This document shows positions 62,996-64,000 of a stretch of DNA of 64,000 nt, piece after piece. The translations under genes were made by a program, and so were the position numbers. Each line of letters starts with the position of its first letter. The stretch's first letter is position 1. Below the pieces are notes generated by a model that had not been told where the DNA came from, did no database searches, and saw only the letters and a program-made list of their open reading frames with translations. This stretch comes from Actinomycetota bacterium (GTDB taxonomy: Bacteria; Actinomycetota; Acidimicrobiia; Acidimicrobiales; CAIXPF01): assembly GCA_016870475.1 (NCBI GenBank), contig VGBO01000004.1, positions 4,144 through 68,143 of the forward strand, read 5' to 3'.

Positions 62996-63516
62996 GCCGG
63001 CCAGTCTTGCCGACCGAGCCGTTCGAGCACGAGGACATCGGTGGGGAAGGCGAGCGCGCCCGGCGGTTCGAGCGGCGGGAAGAAGCCGACGTCGTCGAGA
63101 TCGTCACCGGCGGCGAGTTCGCCACCGACGACCGTGCCGGCGAACCAGATGCCGACGGTGTGCTGCGCCGGGTTGTGGTCGTTGGAGTGCACGGCGACGA
63201 CGTTCCCGAGGACGACGTGCAGGCCGGTCTCCTCGGCGAACTCCCGGGCCGCCGCGGCGCGTACGTCCTCGTCCCACTCGACGTACCCGCAGGGGATGCA
63301 CCACTGCCCTGCGTAGCTGCCCGCCCGCCGACCGAGCAGCACGTCGCCGCGCTCGTCGCGCACCACGACGGCGACGCCGACGGCCGGGTTGAAGTAGCGG
63401 ACGCGCCCGCAGGCCGTGCAGACCGGTCGGCGGCGATCACCGACGAGTCGGGCCTCGAGGGCGCCGCCGCAACGGTCGCAGTGGGTGATGCCGGGCGGAC
63501 CGGCGACCCCGTTCAC
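62992..63516 (-). CDS. NUDIX hydrolase with N-terminal zinc ribbon
   Basis: GTG 63516 overlaps the upstream stop (GTGA). The zinc ribbon is HCDRCGG...CTACG, and the Nudix box is canonical (GYVEWDEDVRAAAAREFAEETGL). Confidence 0.8.
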   Translation of the reverse strand: MNGVAGPPGITHCDRCGGALEARLVGDRRRPVCTACGRVRYFNPAVGVAVVVRDERGDVLLGRRAGSYAGQWCIPCGYVEWDEDVRAAAAREFAEETGLHVVLGNVVAVHSNDHNPAQHTVGIWFAGTVVGGELAAGDDLDDVGFFPPLEPPGALAFPTDVLVLERLGRQDWPA

Positions 63517-64000
63517 GCCGGCACCGCCGGCCGGGACGGCCGGAGCACCACCGCGAACAGGGCGACGAGCACCACGCCCATTCCGACGAACTGCACCGGG
63601 GCGACGTCCTCGTCGATGAACGCCCACGCGAGGAGCACGGAGGTGACGGGGATGAACAGGCTGAGCGTCGAGCTCATCCACACGGGGATCCGGGTGAGCG
63701 ACCAGTTCATCGCCGTGTGAGCGACGAGTCCGGGGCCGATCGCGAGCCCGATGAGCCACGGCCAGTTCGACGCGGCGGGCCACGACAGGTCCTGACCGGA
63801 CAGCAGGGCGAAGGGCAGCACGACGATCGTGGAGATCACGGCGGTGGCGGCGCTGTACTCGAAGGGGTCGAGCGTCTGCTGGGTCCGCTTCGAGGCGATC
63901 AGGTACCACGCCCACGCGAACTGGGCGCCGGTAGCGATCAGGTCGCCGCGCGGGTTCCAGTCGGGCAAGCCGGTCGACCCGAACATGACGACGGCGACCC
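63513..64000 (-). CDS. EamA/DMT-family transporter, partial (C-terminal half; 5' end beyond window)
   Basis: Hydrophobic EamA-like C-terminal half (AWYLIASKR...LAIGPGLVAHTAMNWSLTRIP...). The frame stays open upstream of the Met at 63986 to the window edge. Confidence 0.75.
   Translation of the reverse strand, partial: VAVVMFGSTGLPDWNPRGDLIATGAQFAWAWYLIASKRTQQTLDPFEYSAATAVISTIVVLPFALLSGQDLSWPAASNWPWLIGLAIGPGLVAHTAMNWSLTRIPVWMSSTLSLFIPVTSVLLAWAFIDEDVAPVQFVGMGVVLVALFAVVLRPSRPAVPA

Noticed and set aside
1-64000. Mobile elements, prophage, CRISPR arrays, rRNA or tRNA genes, large direct repeats
   Set aside because: I saw no transposase, integrase, phage or Cas-like ORFs, no spacer-repeat periodicity, and no rRNA- or tRNA-like sequence while reading the window. 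There is no marked compositional island beyond short promoter-sized lower-GC patches.

Overview
This is a very GC-rich, gene-dense 64-kb chromosomal segment (GC judged by eye, not computed). It looks like core genome of a high-GC Actinomycetota-type bacterium: Lhr helicase, Fpg/Nei, HemE/HemY, type-2 IleS, LLM/PPOX-type flavoenzymes, and many GTG starts and 4-nt start/stop overlaps. I support about 61 protein-coding genes on both strands. I found no rRNA, tRNA, CRISPR array, transposase, integrase or prophage gene. Most long Arg/Pro/Gly-rich ORFs in the six-frame track are shadow ORFs of the real genes.

Content blocks:
- 0.4-8.6 kb: an acyl-CoA ligase, family III CoA-transferase and crotonase cluster.
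- 8.7-13.5 kb: a GtrA, methyltransferase, GT4 and prenyltransferase-like envelope cluster.
- 13.6-23.4 kb: dtd, then a co-directional lhr, patatin-like, hemE, hemY, lnt chain.
- 23.5-25.9 kb: nei plus two tightly coupled genes.
- 27-64 kb: a STAND-type nucleotide cyclase, a MacB-type ABC exporter, ppx, assorted metabolic enzymes, cobU/cobS/cobD, DsbB-TlpA, msrA, tag, ileS, an NlpC/P60 hydrolase and an S1-domain protein.

Main findings:
1. Two ORF pairs are each split by a single in-frame TGA at the first position of a UxxC redox motif: GH-U-GSC at 24577-24579 (+) and FL-U-PWC of a DsbA/FrnE-like protein at 62945-62947 (-). Both composite frames are locked into 4-nt-overlap operons. Both carry the same CCGUGCGU 8-mer at exactly +22 to +29 from the UGA. 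These are candidate selenocysteine recoding events that ORF callers miss. No Sec machinery is visible in this window.
2. A promoter-to-terminator unit of about 105 nt at 42.1-42.25 kb is a candidate small RNA.
3. About 20 transcription-unit-leading genes have a TAnnnT hexamer 6-10 nt upstream of the start codon, a leaderless-type architecture.
4. Two enzymes have substituted catalytic residues: the Lnt-like protein has Cys to Ser, and the patatin-like protein has Ser to Gly and Asp to Glu.
5. Two small, Shine-Dalgarno (SD)-led proteins of unknown function are present.

All functional calls rest on motif recognition by eye. No database search was run.
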